A model generated the notes under the pieces. It saw only the letters and a list, made by a program, of their open reading frames with translations, did no database searches and had not been told where the DNA came from. From the NCBI GenBank assembly GCA_001600815.1, contig BCKZ01000011.1, forward strand, positions 289,622 through 353,621: a DNA stretch of 64,000 nucleotides, written 5' to 3'. This DNA comes from Alloascoidea hylecoeti (taxonomy: Eukaryota). This document shows positions 10,158 to 22,124 of the stretch, piece after piece; position 1 is the stretch's first letter; every line of letters starts with the position of its first letter. Made by a program: the position numbers and the translations under genes.

Positions 10158-13100
10158 ATTTCAAAATTTTATAAAAATTATTGATTTTAAAGTATCTGAA
10201 GGAAAATTAAGTTTTTATCATCCTTTTAATACTCATATTTCTTATTTAATTTCGAATTTACTTAATGGGGGTGAAGATTGTGCGCAATTAATGAAAAAAT
10301 CATTTCAAAATAAACAAAATACATTTTTACAAGATGCTTTAAATTTAATAATTGATTATTCATTAAGAACAATAGTTTATTGTGAACAAGTTTCATCAGG
10401 ACTTTGGGATAAAAATAATGCGGATGGTGAAGAATTAAAAGAATTGATGTATATGTATAAAAGACATTATTTCTTAACGGATGGTATGTTAAGAGATATG
10501 TATCTTGTTCAATTGATGTGTTGTATATCAGACAATGGAGAATATTTTATTACATTACTTGATAGATGGGGATTATTAGAATGGACATTACATAATTCTA
10601 AATTTGAGCATGAGGATAAATTATCAGCAACTTTAGAATCTTTTTCAAAAGTATTATCTATATTCATGCTTGAAAGACCAATTTTATCAATTAAGAATGA
10701 TAGAGAAAGAAGACGATTCAGTTTAAGAAGAGTATTAATAAATACTTTATGCTCTAGACCATTAAAATTTTCAGATATGAAAAAATATATCTTAGAAGAA
10801 TTTATAACTGATGATCAATTTGATTCAACATTAAAAGAAGTTTCTATTTATCATGAACCAGGTGATAATATTGATGATGCAGGTGTTTATAAATTAAAAG
10901 AAGAATGTATGGATGAAGTTGATCCATTTGCAATATATTTTTGTAGTTCACAAAAAGAAGATGTTGCAAAATTAAAAAGAGATTATATTTTTAAAAAATT
11001 ACAAAAGGGAGAAAAAGAAGTGAATAATATTTTAGATTCATCAAATGTTATATTATATCCAACTTTATTACCATTAAATAATTCAGTTTATTCAAATTTA
11101 ACAAATATTTTAAAACATGATTTGTTTATATTATTCTGTTGTCGAGTTTTGGTTAACTCTTTTCAAGATGATTCAGTCATTAATGATAGTACATTATATT
11201 CAATTCTTAATTTGATTTTTATTGCAGTACTAGAAGATGATAAAACATCAAAAAATCTACCAAAATTTTCAAAACTTATTATCAAAGAATTTCATACAAC
11301 AGATTTAAGATCATATGCATCATCATCATCATCAAAATCACTAAATTTATGTTCACTTCTTTTTAATATTTTAAAAAATCCAAATAATTATGAAGCTCAT
11401 CTTCAATCAAAATTAATTGCAATTTTTAGATTAATAATAAAAGATAATAATCCTGAATCAAATATAATTAAAGAAAGGTTAATATCATCAGATCTTGAAT
11501 TTGTTTTAATTCAACAAAAAGGTAATAAAAGAAAAGATCCACCACCAACAAATGCATATGAAGAACGTAAAAAAATTGGTGCTGAGAAAAGGATGAGAAT
11601 TTTACAAGAATTTTCAAAAATGCAAAGACAATTTTTAAATAGTAATAAAACAAGTTTTGATTTAGCTACTTCTTCAACAACTATTTCATCATCAAATTTA
11701 AAAGAAAATACTTCTGGTAATCAAGTTAATTTTTCTCTATCTGTATCAAACACACCCGAATATATAGCTACAGGTAGTTGTCTTTTATGTAAAAATAATG
11801 CTACAAATGATGAATTATTCGGAGTTATTGGTTATTATTCTAAATCATCGCGATCTGTTATAAAACACCTTCCAAAAGGTTTATTATCTGATGATAACTA
11901 TTGGCTTCTTGATTCATTTGGTCATTCATTAAACCTAGATGTTGAGGTAACAGATTACAATACAGATGATCAATATAGTAATCAAAATTGGAGAAGAGGT
12001 CTTCAAGAGCTTAAATCAAAACGTAATAATCATGCACTTACAACCAGTATATATAATGAATATCATACGAATTTGAGTGAAGGGATTATGGTTGGTTGTG
12101 GGCATGGAATGCACTTTAAATGTTATGAACAATATATCAAAAGAGGAGATGATCCTATGAATAATATCAAGAATTATAATTCATCAATGGGAAAGTTATG
12201 TTTTAGTTGTCCGCTTTGTAAAACAATTGCGAATTCGATTATGCCAGTTATTATGTATGAATCCTTACCTAGTTTTAAACAGCTTACGGCACCAGCTTTA
12301 AGTAACGATTTATGGAATGATAGTTTTAATATTGAAAATATTAAAGCAAGAACTCCAGTTAGAAATATGGTTACTAGACAATTAGCGCAGGGTGACGCAT
12401 TTATAAGTGAAGATGAAAAGAAAATGGAGAAGATTATTGACACTTTACAATATGGTTGTATTCCAGTTGCAATTGAAAAAGAATATGATCAAAAAATGAG
12501 TTATGAAGAAACATTAAATGCAATAGGAAATGTTTTAATAAACACAATTAGTTCTGTTGAGATTTCTCTTAGAGGAGTGAAAAATAAAAAAAATGCATAT
12601 GGACCCCGTTTAATGGTACATAATATTCCAGAATATACATTAACATTGATAAGAGGCCTTACCTCTTATAGAGCTGCAATATCACAAGTATTGAAAGAAA
12701 GTTCTTCAGTTGATAAAATTGGACCAAAGGATTGTTTATTTAAGGCATGTGTTTATGAATATTTCTATCAATTTGATAATTTTCATGAAATCGCTAGATA
12801 TTTTCTTACAATGGAGATCGTTCGTGTAACAAGGGATATAATTTCAAATATTGAATATGGTTATAATAACGAATTCAATGATCATGATAAAATTAAAATC
12901 GATATTGAAGATATTCCTCTTAATACTAAAAGTTTTAATGAATTCAATTATAATGAAGGAACAATTAGACAATATTTATTACAATTTGCTTTACCAACAT
13001 CAACATTAACTCAATCAAAAATTTCAAGATCAGTTAAAGGGATTTTTAAAATTATTGTTAAAAGTGTTACAATATTTTTAAGAAAATTATTAATATTTGC

Positions 13101-13827
13101 ATTCATCATAACTCCAATAACAATGGAGTATAATATAAAAGATATATCTGAATGTGAAGCAGATAGGCTTTGTCGGATCTTTAGTTTCCCATCAATCTTT
13201 AATATTATTGAAAGATGTTTAATCTCAAATACATTTGAATGCTCTTATTATAACAAATCTATTCAAAATTTAGAACAAAATATATTAAATAAAGTTGATG
13301 TCAATGAATGGTCAAGTCCGATACGATATACTGGAGAATATAGTTTAATTGATCTCAACGAAAGATTAGATTATTATCTTTCAAAACAGTTCAGAACGGA
13401 ACACAATCTTGAGCCACAAATGGAATTTGCGATTTGTCTGAAAACAGGAAATATAATAAAAGAATTTGATGAAACTTGGTCAATAGCAAATTATAATGGA
13501 AATATAAGTATTGGTCGCGGATCAACCAGCCAAGATGCATATGAATATCAAATACAACAAAAATTACTAGATTCAAACATTTATTTCTTTCCAAAAGAAA
13601 ATGTTTTCCGTTTAAGACATTGGGATATTATAGGAACAGCTACTATTCCAGCACCTTATTGTGACTCACATGGTGAGAGTCGTACAATTTCATGTTTTGG
13701 GAATAGAATGTTATTTCTAAATAAACAAAAATACTACAATATTCAACAATTGTGGCTGACACATCAAATCGGGCCTTTTATTGCCCGGCAAATGATGAAT
13801 AATATTGACATACTTCCCGATATATAA
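7717..13827 (+). CDS. UBR1/UBR2-like N-end-rule E3 ubiquitin ligase; join(7717..8081,8229..13827); start could be as far up as 7546
   Basis: Splicing the GTAAGT...TAG intron 8082-8228 reconstitutes the UBR box (CNAKF...YKCRDC...CVQCESCF...H..H...CDCGNPEAW). Split RING-H2 is present (CLLC...GCGHGMHFKC...CPLCK), plus C-terminal APYCDSHGE. Confidence 0.88.
10103..10146 (+). repeat. (AAT)n microsatellite encoding poly-Asn in the UBR gene
   Basis: Uninterrupted AAT run visible. Confidence 0.9.
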
Positions 13828-14203
13828 GTAGGATGTATACCTGTCAAATAACATTATATAGAGCTAAATAAATATAGGTATAAGTCTAAGTATATAAATA
13901 AGATATAGAGGAGAAGATAATTAACACACAAATACAACACAAACAGATCTAATAATTACACTGTATTGCCTGCCTCCCAATAAATATTAGTGTGTTAAGC
14001 ATTTCCACATATACCATTTGATTTCAACCAATCCCAATCACCAGCTCCATACATATTAAAATAATATTCATGTCACACAGGTAGCATTTCATTTTTTTTT
14101 CTCTTCAAGCTCGCCTCCTTATAATCATTATATAATTCTTTCTCTTTTCCTTAATTTATATTTATTAAATTTATAATTATATACCTATAATTTAAACCCA
14201 AGA

Positions 14204-15529
14204 ATGCCTTCGGATTCTAATAATAATAATGGAAGACCTCCGAAACCAAAGACTCCACCTGGTTGGGAGGTCAATTGGGATCCAAACTATGAAACTTATT
14301 ATTTCGTTAATTTGAAAACTGGTACCTCCCAATGGGATCAACCAACCTCTCCTGCAACACCCGATGGTGGGAAAACTCAAAACGGTAATAAAAACGAAAA
14401 GCAAAAAGATGAAGAAGATAAAAAGAAAAAAGATGAAGAAAATAAAAAGAAAAACGATCATGTTGATACTTTATATGTCACTGGACCTATGACCGATGAT
14501 GATATTGATGATCCACCAGTTAGTGTTCCTGATAGTCCTACTAACAAGTATGGTCATGGGAAACAGAGTGATTATCCTCCTCCAGACACACAACTCAAAC
14601 CTCATTCTTATGGCTATTCAACTTTAACTTCAGACACAGACTCTGCCCCTCCAAATTTAAATACATCATCCAAAAAACAAGAAATTGGCAAAACATTACT
14701 TGCTGTCGGTGCTGGTGTGTTTGGTGGTGCGGCATTGGCTAAATTAATCGACCATAAAAAGTCTAAGCATAAGGATTCTGATACCGCTTCAGTGGCATCA
14801 TCATCGTCTTCTTCTTCTTCAGATTCTGGTGATGAAAATGAAAATTATAAGCCTTCAGCTGACGATAAAATACAACATCATGTTAGTGAAAGTTCCTCAG
14901 ACAGCGATAGTAGCAGTAAACCAAATGTTATGTATGCTACAAAACCTTCCATAGATTCATCTGGTGCTGCTGCTGGTGCTGCTGCTGCTGCTATGGCAGC
15001 CTCCGCAGCCGGTATTGCTGGATTGAAAATGTCTGATAAGCCACCAATCTCAACCCCCAATAAAGTTACTATAGAAGAAGTTGAAGAGCCAGAAACAGTT
15101 ATACATGTTAGACCTCCGCCAACATATCCTCCAATCTCAACCGTAGTTGCCCCGGAGATAATCTCCCCACCTCCAGCGGCTACCAAAATCACAGAATATA
15201 TACCAGCTCAAGAGGTTACTACAGAACTTAGTCCAGTTAGTTCAGTTAATTCTGATGGATACATTACGAGACGCGTTCAACTTACACCAGAAGAGGTTGA
15301 AGAATATCTTTCCAAACAAAGAAATAATAATTCTAGTTCATATTTTAAATCAACGTTTTATAAAAAACAGGATAATGAGCCTGAGGTTTATAAGAGTACA
15401 ATTACCAAATATGATTCAGATGGTTATAAAACAATAGTAACTGAATATTCCCCACAAATTTCGGCACGCGAAGAATCTTATACTAATTATGGTCCTCGTT
15501 ACAGTGGCCACGCTCGAAGGAATAGTTAA
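14204..15529 (+). CDS. WW-domain protein, Wwm1-like N-terminus, low-complexity remainder
   Basis: PPGWEVNWDPNYETYYFVNLKTGTSQWDQP is a WW domain. Short glycine-zipper-like LLAVGAGVFGGAALA; Ser/Pro-rich tail. Confidence 0.8.
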   Translation: MPSDSNNNNGRPPKPKTPPGWEVNWDPNYETYYFVNLKTGTSQWDQPTSPATPDGGKTQNGNKNEKQKDEEDKKKKDEENKKKNDHVDTLYVTGPMTDDDIDDPPVSVPDSPTNKYGHGKQSDYPPPDTQLKPHSYGYSTLTSDTDSAPPNLNTSSKKQEIGKTLLAVGAGVFGGAALAKLIDHKKSKHKDSDTASVASSSSSSSSDSGDENENYKPSADDKIQHHVSESSSDSDSSSKPNVMYATKPSIDSSGAAAGAAAAAMAASAAGIAGLKMSDKPPISTPNKVTIEEVEEPETVIHVRPPPTYPPISTVVAPEIISPPPAATKITEYIPAQEVTTELSPVSSVNSDGYITRRVQLTPEEVEEYLSKQRNNNSSSYFKSTFYKKQDNEPEVYKSTITKYDSDGYKTIVTEYSPQISAREESYTNYGPRYSGHARRNS

Positions 15530-15903
15530 ATTACTTAACTTGCAAAAGCTGCATGGTATAAACTTCAAATCAAATCTTAACCATGTGTGATTAAAACTCA
15601 AGTCGCGCTTCAATTTCAAGCACGTTAATCAAATGATAGGATGAAATGAATTATAATAATTAAATCAGAAATAGCACTTAAAAAGGGGAGAAAATCCCCT
15701 TTTAAGATAGTTTTTTTTATTTTTATTTTTTTTTAAACGAAATTAATTAATATCATACTACTTATTATATAATATTTGATATATAAAGTAAATTAAAGTT
15801 TATATAACTTCTACTATTCTAACATTTTCATTATTAGCTATTTTTTGTCATAGAAATTGTCATCATTATCTTCCATTAATATTTCATCTAATTATATTCA
15901 AAT

Positions 15904-18315
15904 ATGATTCAGAACAGTATACCTAATAGCCATAATAATAGTCAGTCGTTTAGCCATAAGTATCGATCTTCGGGTTCAAAGAATCACAAATCCCAAGCCA
16001 CTACAGCTGATTTGTTGGACTTGGATACTCTAGCGATGGATAATACGGGAAGATATCCAAAGCAAGCCAATATACATAGTTTAACTAGTAAACGCTCAAG
16101 TATAAGTCTGAAAAAAAAACAATCTCTTCAACGATTAAGGATTAATGCTAAAACCTCAGTTGTTAAGAACCCAAGTCCAACAATGATGACAAACACTAGC
16201 TATAACTATATTGGTGATGCAGAAAACATGAGATATTTACAACACAGTCGGTCTCCAGTATCAGATTTAAGTCCTATTCATTATCGTAATGATAGTTATG
16301 GTTCTTCTAGAAGTTATATCCATCAACATCAACAATCTCATTCCCAGTCTCCAGTCTACTCCCCTAATACTCATCACAGCCAAAAATTCCAAATGCCAGT
16401 ACCTCCTACTATTGCTATGGGGATTAATATGGGGAAACAAGCCAAATCCCAACGAACACGCTCGGCCATAGATTACCAACATCAAACTCCTATCCCCAGG
16501 ACAAGAAATAGGACGATATCAGCTGGGTCCTTCCCGGTGAAAGCGATGGTTCCTCCGTCAACTTCAATGATGTCAATACAGTCTGCAATATCATCTGCGG
16601 GAACCTCGGACACCGGATCTACTTCAGGTACAAACTGCAGTTCTATTCCTGAAACCGAACATTTGAAGTCTCAAATGCATTTTATTAATGGTATATTTGA
16701 AGAGGAGCCAATTGGTTTGGTATCAGATGCTGATACAGGGATGAACAAGGTGTCACCACAACAACGCACAGAAACGCCTCTTTATCCCAATATTGAAGGC
16801 ACAAAGACAAACTTAATAAATGAAGATGGCTTTTTAACTGAAAACTCTTCTTCTTTTACTTCTTATCCAGGAGACAGTACGAAATCAAATCTATATATCA
16901 GTAATCTTATTAAGAAATTATTAAAAATGCAAGAAATTAAACTTGATAATCAGGTCGACATAGATGAATACTCCTCAACAGTATTACCAGAAAATATACC
17001 CTTACCAAGTTTTAAATTATATTTAAATGAATATAACAATTTAAGAGAAATCAATTTAAAAGCTGAAGAAAAATTAAAAAAATTACAAACCAATTTATTA
17101 AATTACTCAGAAGAAAAAATTAATGATTTATCAGAAGAAATTATTGATCAAGATAATATAATAAAAAATCAAAAAGATGTTATTTTAAATTTGAAACAAA
17201 TAACATCAAATTATGAAGAAATAATTAAACAATTTGAACAAAATCAAAAAGAAAATGAATTAATAATTTCTAATTTTAAAAAAGAATTAAATGATACAAA
17301 AGAAATAACAAGAAGGAATATAGAAGATAATGTAGAAGAAAAAACATATCGTATCGAAGAATTAGAAACTGAATTAACTGAATCTATTCAAACAATAAAT
17401 GATATGGAATCAAGTATAAATGATTATGAACAAAGAATACATAATTTAAATTATGAAAATGCAAAATTAACTGAAGAATTACATGAAAAAACATATCAAA
17501 ATGAAATCTGGTTAGATGTTATTAAAGAATTTGAAGATGAACAATCTAATAATAATAATAATAATAATAAAGATGATGAATCAAATGAAAAAATTGAATC
17601 TTTAAAAATGTCATTAAAATTATCACAAAATCAATTAACAATAACTGAAAAACAATTATCAAATAAAATAAGTAAATTACAAAAAAAATTATCTTTAGAG
17701 AAAAAAGTTAAAAGTTCTCTTGATAAACGAAATCAAAATCGTCAAATTCAATTATCAAAACTTATTTCAACTCCAAAATCATCAGTAGATTCAACCAATT
17801 TAACACCAATTTCAATCTTATCTTCTCCAACCTATAGTAAGATATCTGCTGGTTATTCTAGTAGTAGAACAAATACTCTAACAAGTGAATCAATAAATCG
17901 TTTTCAAAATCAACCATATCAATATAAATCATTCTTTAAAGGAAACTCAAATTCACCTCCAAATTTATTCCATTCTTCTCATAAATCATTTAATTCTAAT
18001 TCAACATTCACATCTACAAGTTCAAATTCATTTAGTGATAATTATCACATGCAAGGTGATGATAGTTATTCCATGTCTGATAATGATACAGGATCAGTTA
18101 GATCATCAGACAGTTCACATAGCTCAGATTCAAACACCTACGATTTATCATCATCATTTAAATTGATATCAAATGTTAATAGTTATGATAATATTGATAA
18201 ATTAGAATCATTAATTGAATTATCTAATGTTAGAAAGGTTGGTGATATCGGTATTAATTTTATAAATGTTTCAAGAGAAGTTAATGTTAACAATGATAAT
18301 ATACAATCACAATGA
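15904..18315 (+). CDS. Hypothetical protein with Ser-rich disordered ends and a long central coiled coil
   Basis: 803 aa ORF with an E/K/Q/N-rich heptad region around aa 375-620; no family recognised. Confidence 0.75.
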   Translation: MIQNSIPNSHNNSQSFSHKYRSSGSKNHKSQATTADLLDLDTLAMDNTGRYPKQANIHSLTSKRSSISLKKKQSLQRLRINAKTSVVKNPSPTMMTNTSYNYIGDAENMRYLQHSRSPVSDLSPIHYRNDSYGSSRSYIHQHQQSHSQSPVYSPNTHHSQKFQMPVPPTIAMGINMGKQAKSQRTRSAIDYQHQTPIPRTRNRTISAGSFPVKAMVPPSTSMMSIQSAISSAGTSDTGSTSGTNCSSIPETEHLKSQMHFINGIFEEEPIGLVSDADTGMNKVSPQQRTETPLYPNIEGTKTNLINEDGFLTENSSSFTSYPGDSTKSNLYISNLIKKLLKMQEIKLDNQVDIDEYSSTVLPENIPLPSFKLYLNEYNNLREINLKAEEKLKKLQTNLLNYSEEKINDLSEEIIDQDNIIKNQKDVILNLKQITSNYEEIIKQFEQNQKENELIISNFKKELNDTKEITRRNIEDNVEEKTYRIEELETELTESIQTINDMESSINDYEQRIHNLNYENAKLTEELHEKTYQNEIWLDVIKEFEDEQSNNNNNNNKDDESNEKIESLKMSLKLSQNQLTITEKQLSNKISKLQKKLSLEKKVKSSLDKRNQNRQIQLSKLISTPKSSVDSTNLTPISILSSPTYSKISAGYSSSRTNTLTSESINRFQNQPYQYKSFFKGNSNSPPNLFHSSHKSFNSNSTFTSTSSNSFSDNYHMQGDDSYSMSDNDTGSVRSSDSSHSSDSNTYDLSSSFKLISNVNSYDNIDKLESLIELSNVRKVGDIGINFINVSREVNVNNDNIQSQ

Positions 18316-19510
18316 TGTTAATAATAATATCATACCCAATTAAAAGAAGAGTTTTATTCAACTCAACAACGGTAATATTTTTAAAAAAATTTTATAATTG
18401 ATTTTTGTTTTCTTCTACATTTTTTTTCTTTTTGTTTTATTTACTTATATAATCATTTCTGCATACCTATAGTTTGGCGTTGTCATTGCAATTTTGATAT
18501 TCCTAATCTTTTCTATTCTTTTCTTACAATTAATTAAACGATTAAAGTTTTTCACTTATTATTTTAGATTTAGATTTGCATATCGCATATATATATTTTT
18601 ATTTACATCTAATATAAGATACTTATATTAACATTAAAGAGGGCCAAGAGGGTTATAATAATTTTATGTAAAACTTATTGCGGCTTCATATTTCAATTTT
18701 CCATTATACGTATAAGCAGTATCTATAATGTATTGGCCTACGATATAACTATAGAGGGACATTAGATTTAGCATTAATATTAATAGTGGAAAGTTAAATC
18801 ATAAATTAAAGACTAATAATAGAACCTTATTGATTAGATTGACTAAAACGACTATATGCAAAAGTCTATAAAATACAGGAGTCATTAGTTAAAGAAATGA
18901 TGAGTTTGTGTTGTGTAAATTATAAAGTGACAAAATTACTATTTCGAATTCTGATTTTATAAAATCAGAAATAGCAGTTCTATCAAGTTTTGAATCGATG
19001 ACGATTGGCTTATTTAATATTCAGACATCCGTATTTTGAGATTTATATCTAACCACACAGTATTAGAATATATGAAACGATTCTAGCTTCTATTCCATAG
19101 TTAATCCCCACATCATCAATATTTTGTGTATAGTCCCTAAATAAACCTTCATTTTGTCTTGTAATAGCTTAATGAAAAAGTGTGTTGTTTTACAACTAAG
19201 TTGATAGACTTCTTGTGACAACATAAAACAGTCGGGGATTCTTCTTAAAAAGTATCAGAGATCTGATTGATCACTATTATCTTTTTTCTTGACATTGCCG
19301 TCCTAAAGGAGCTGGATACTATTTGGAGCTGTTAGGTAAAGGATCTGATGTTTTTTTTGGAGAGTTTCAGTGGTAATATTTGATATTAAAAAAACCTTAT
19401 GAAAAGAAGAGGATTTTTATCCCCTTTATTATCTATTTACTAATTTCCTATACAAAGCAGGGAATCCAACTTCACTGCATTTTCCATGGTATTGGAAATT
19501 ATCATTTTAC

Positions 19511-19658
19511 TGAGGTGCTTGGTAAATTAAGATTCCTAGGATTTCAAACATAATACAATTTGTCCATTCTTATATTTGTGTTGACGAAGAAATTATGGAA
19601 TTGTATTATATCAGGTCTTGTTTAAAATCCTAGGAATCTTAATTTACCAAGCACCTCA
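19511..19658. repeat. Long inverted repeat / hairpin (40-bp arms, 1 mismatch)
   Basis: 19511-19550 TGAGGTGCTTGGTAAATTAAGATTCCTAGGATTTCAAACA pairs with 19619-19658; inner TAATACAATT (19551-19560) pairs with AATTGTATTA (19599-19608). Confidence 0.9.
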
Positions 19659-20187
19659 TGAAACAAAGTGATTCTTTATATTTTCATCCTTAGTTGAATC
19701 GTCATTTGTTGGTTTAAGATCATTCTCAATCTCGTTGGGTTAGATTTAGTATGCATATCAATTAATGTATTAAACTTGTTACAGATATCTTGATATTAGG
19801 TATTAATTGACTCGAATTTGTTCTCGAGAATATCAAGTCTTGATGACATATCATCCAATTGAGGGCTTTTCGTCGATTTCATTTCTATAATTCTACAATG
19901 ATAGCTACTAAGATGCATAAGATCTCACAAGACAATTTAGCTATAGCCAAATATTAATTCAATGAATAAAAAATATCAATTAACTCGCAATATATATATC
20001 AGTGTGTTTGTTTTATAAAATAACAACTATTAATTAACGTTAACTATGCTTTACAATTATATAGAAAATAACAGCAACAAAAACAAAAATAAAATGCATA
20101 TTCACACTGAATTTCACAGTTATATTATCTTTTCTTCCCATTCCAATATTAATATCATGGTATTAATAATTAAGTTTAAATTTAATT

Positions 20188-22032
20188 TTAAATTTTTGAT
20201 TTCATATTTTCATTTTTAATAATTGTAATATCATCATCATTGATTTCTTCAATATCAGATGGATCGGTATCAACAATTGAGTGAATTGAATTTATTTCAT
20301 CTTCTGTTTCACTATTTGTACTTGAAGTTGAAAAATCTGATTTAATTGAAGTTGGAATTTCAGGTAATTCATCTTCATTGATGTTATTATTATTATTATT
20401 AGTTAAATTTTCTTTGATTTCATTATTTTTTTCCTCTAGTTGTTGTTGTTTATTATCTATTAATTCATAAAATAACATAAATATTCCTTGTGATTCTAAA
20501 ACTTCTTCTTCTGTAACACATCTAACACTTTCATCACTTAATCTCCACCAAATATCATTATGTAAACGATAATTTATATAATGACCATAATTATGTGAAC
20601 CAAAATGTATAATAACACCTTTTAATTTATATAAAACATCATTTTTAGAATCATTTTCATTTTCATTTTCATTAATTGTTGGTGTTGGTTTCATTGGTAA
20701 TCTTGGATCTAAATTAAGACAATTTGGATTATCTAAAGTATATTTTGAAAAATTTAAAATTTTTGGAAATTTAACATGAGAATAAATTTTTTTAATAAAA
20801 CCAGTTTTAAAATCATAAATACTTCGATTTATGTGAATTGATAAAATTTTTGATGGAATTATAAAATAAGTTTGTTTTGATTTTTCACATTTCATAATTA
20901 CTTGTTTTGGTCTTAATTTTGAATAAATTAAATCAGGTATATATTGTTCTTTTAAAACATTATTAACTTGATTTAAACGATTTTCAAATAATTTAATCAT
21001 TTGTGGTGATGAAGTTTTTGAAATTCTTGATTTTAATTCATTGCGACATAAAATTAAACCACATCTATTACATTCAACACCTTCAATAATTTCTTCTTCA
21101 ATATAAGAATCAATTAAAGATTCTAAATTAACAGTAGCATCAGCAAATAATGATTGTTTTGTAGTGAAAGTTAATGCTAAACTACTTGATACATTATATT
21201 GTATACCAGACATTTCACCACATGTTAAACATCCAACCCTTGTTGCAGAAATTCCATCAAATGGAGTATTTAAATTTAATTTTTTAAAATTTTCAATTTC
21301 ATTTGTTTTATTATTATTAATAGTTATTATATTTTTTAAATCATCTTCATCAGCTCTAATCATTGGTATTAAAATTTCCATTGGTTTTAAATTTTTTAAT
21401 TTTGCATCTTTTTCAATTTGTGATAATAATTGTTGAAAAAATTCTTGAGCATCTTCTTGTTCATAACCAAACCATCTTGATTTTGAAGGACCATTCACTA
21501 TTGAATCGACTAAAGGAGCAGTTGTATAAGTTTTTGGTTTATCGGTTGTACACGTATTCAAATCATTAATTAATAGTCTTAAATTTGAAATAGAAGAATT
21601 ATTCTCATTCATAGTCGGGGCTTCATCTATATTTTGTTGTTGTTGTTGCTGCTGCTGTTCGTCAACGGAAATGGACTTTGAAATCCAATCAAGAAAATAA
21701 TCCAAACTTGCAAAGGATTGAACGACCGAATTCATAAAACATGTATTTCCATCGTTATTTAAACCTCCGACATAAACCGGAACACCCGAATCCGATAAAC
21801 CAACACTTTTATTGGACCCATTAAAACGAGAGTACATTGAAGAAACCAAATATAGAATTCGTTCCTTTTTTAATGAGAGAAAATACAATATTAAAGTGAT
21901 TAAGACTGTAATAATAGCAGTTGATAAAAAAGGGATCAACGATGGCTCAAAGAAACAATAAAAGGTAAATAATGATAAAATGGAAATCAGCACAAAATTT
22001 AAAGAAGAAACATTTACATTTACCGTGTTCAT
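20188..22032 (-). CDS. Membrane-anchored ubiquitin-specific protease (Ubp1/Ubp16-like, USP family)
   Basis: Cys box GLNNDGNTCFMNSVVQ, QEDAQEFF, His box HFGSHNYGHY...WWRLSDE; hydrophobic N-terminal segments. Confidence 0.9.
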   Translation of the reverse strand: MNTVNVNVSSLNFVLISILSLFTFYCFFEPSLIPFLSTAIITVLITLILYFLSLKKERILYLVSSMYSRFNGSNKSVGLSDSGVPVYVGGLNNDGNTCFMNSVVQSFASLDYFLDWISKSISVDEQQQQQQQQNIDEAPTMNENNSSISNLRLLINDLNTCTTDKPKTYTTAPLVDSIVNGPSKSRWFGYEQEDAQEFFQQLLSQIEKDAKLKNLKPMEILIPMIRADEDDLKNIITINNNKTNEIENFKKLNLNTPFDGISATRVGCLTCGEMSGIQYNVSSSLALTFTTKQSLFADATVNLESLIDSYIEEEIIEGVECNRCGLILCRNELKSRISKTSSPQMIKLFENRLNQVNNVLKEQYIPDLIYSKLRPKQVIMKCEKSKQTYFIIPSKILSIHINRSIYDFKTGFIKKIYSHVKFPKILNFSKYTLDNPNCLNLDPRLPMKPTPTINENENENDSKNDVLYKLKGVIIHFGSHNYGHYINYRLHNDIWWRLSDESVRCVTEEEVLESQGIFMLFYELIDNKQQQLEEKNNEIKENLTNNNNNNINEDELPEIPTSIKSDFSTSSTNSETEDEINSIHSIVDTDPSDIEEINDDDITIIKNENMKSKI

Positions 22033-22124
22033 TTATTGTGGAAACAAAATTTAAAATTTAAAAGGAAAAAAGGAAAAAAAATTATACAATTTATATATTC
22101 GCTGACTCAGCACTCAGTCAAAAC

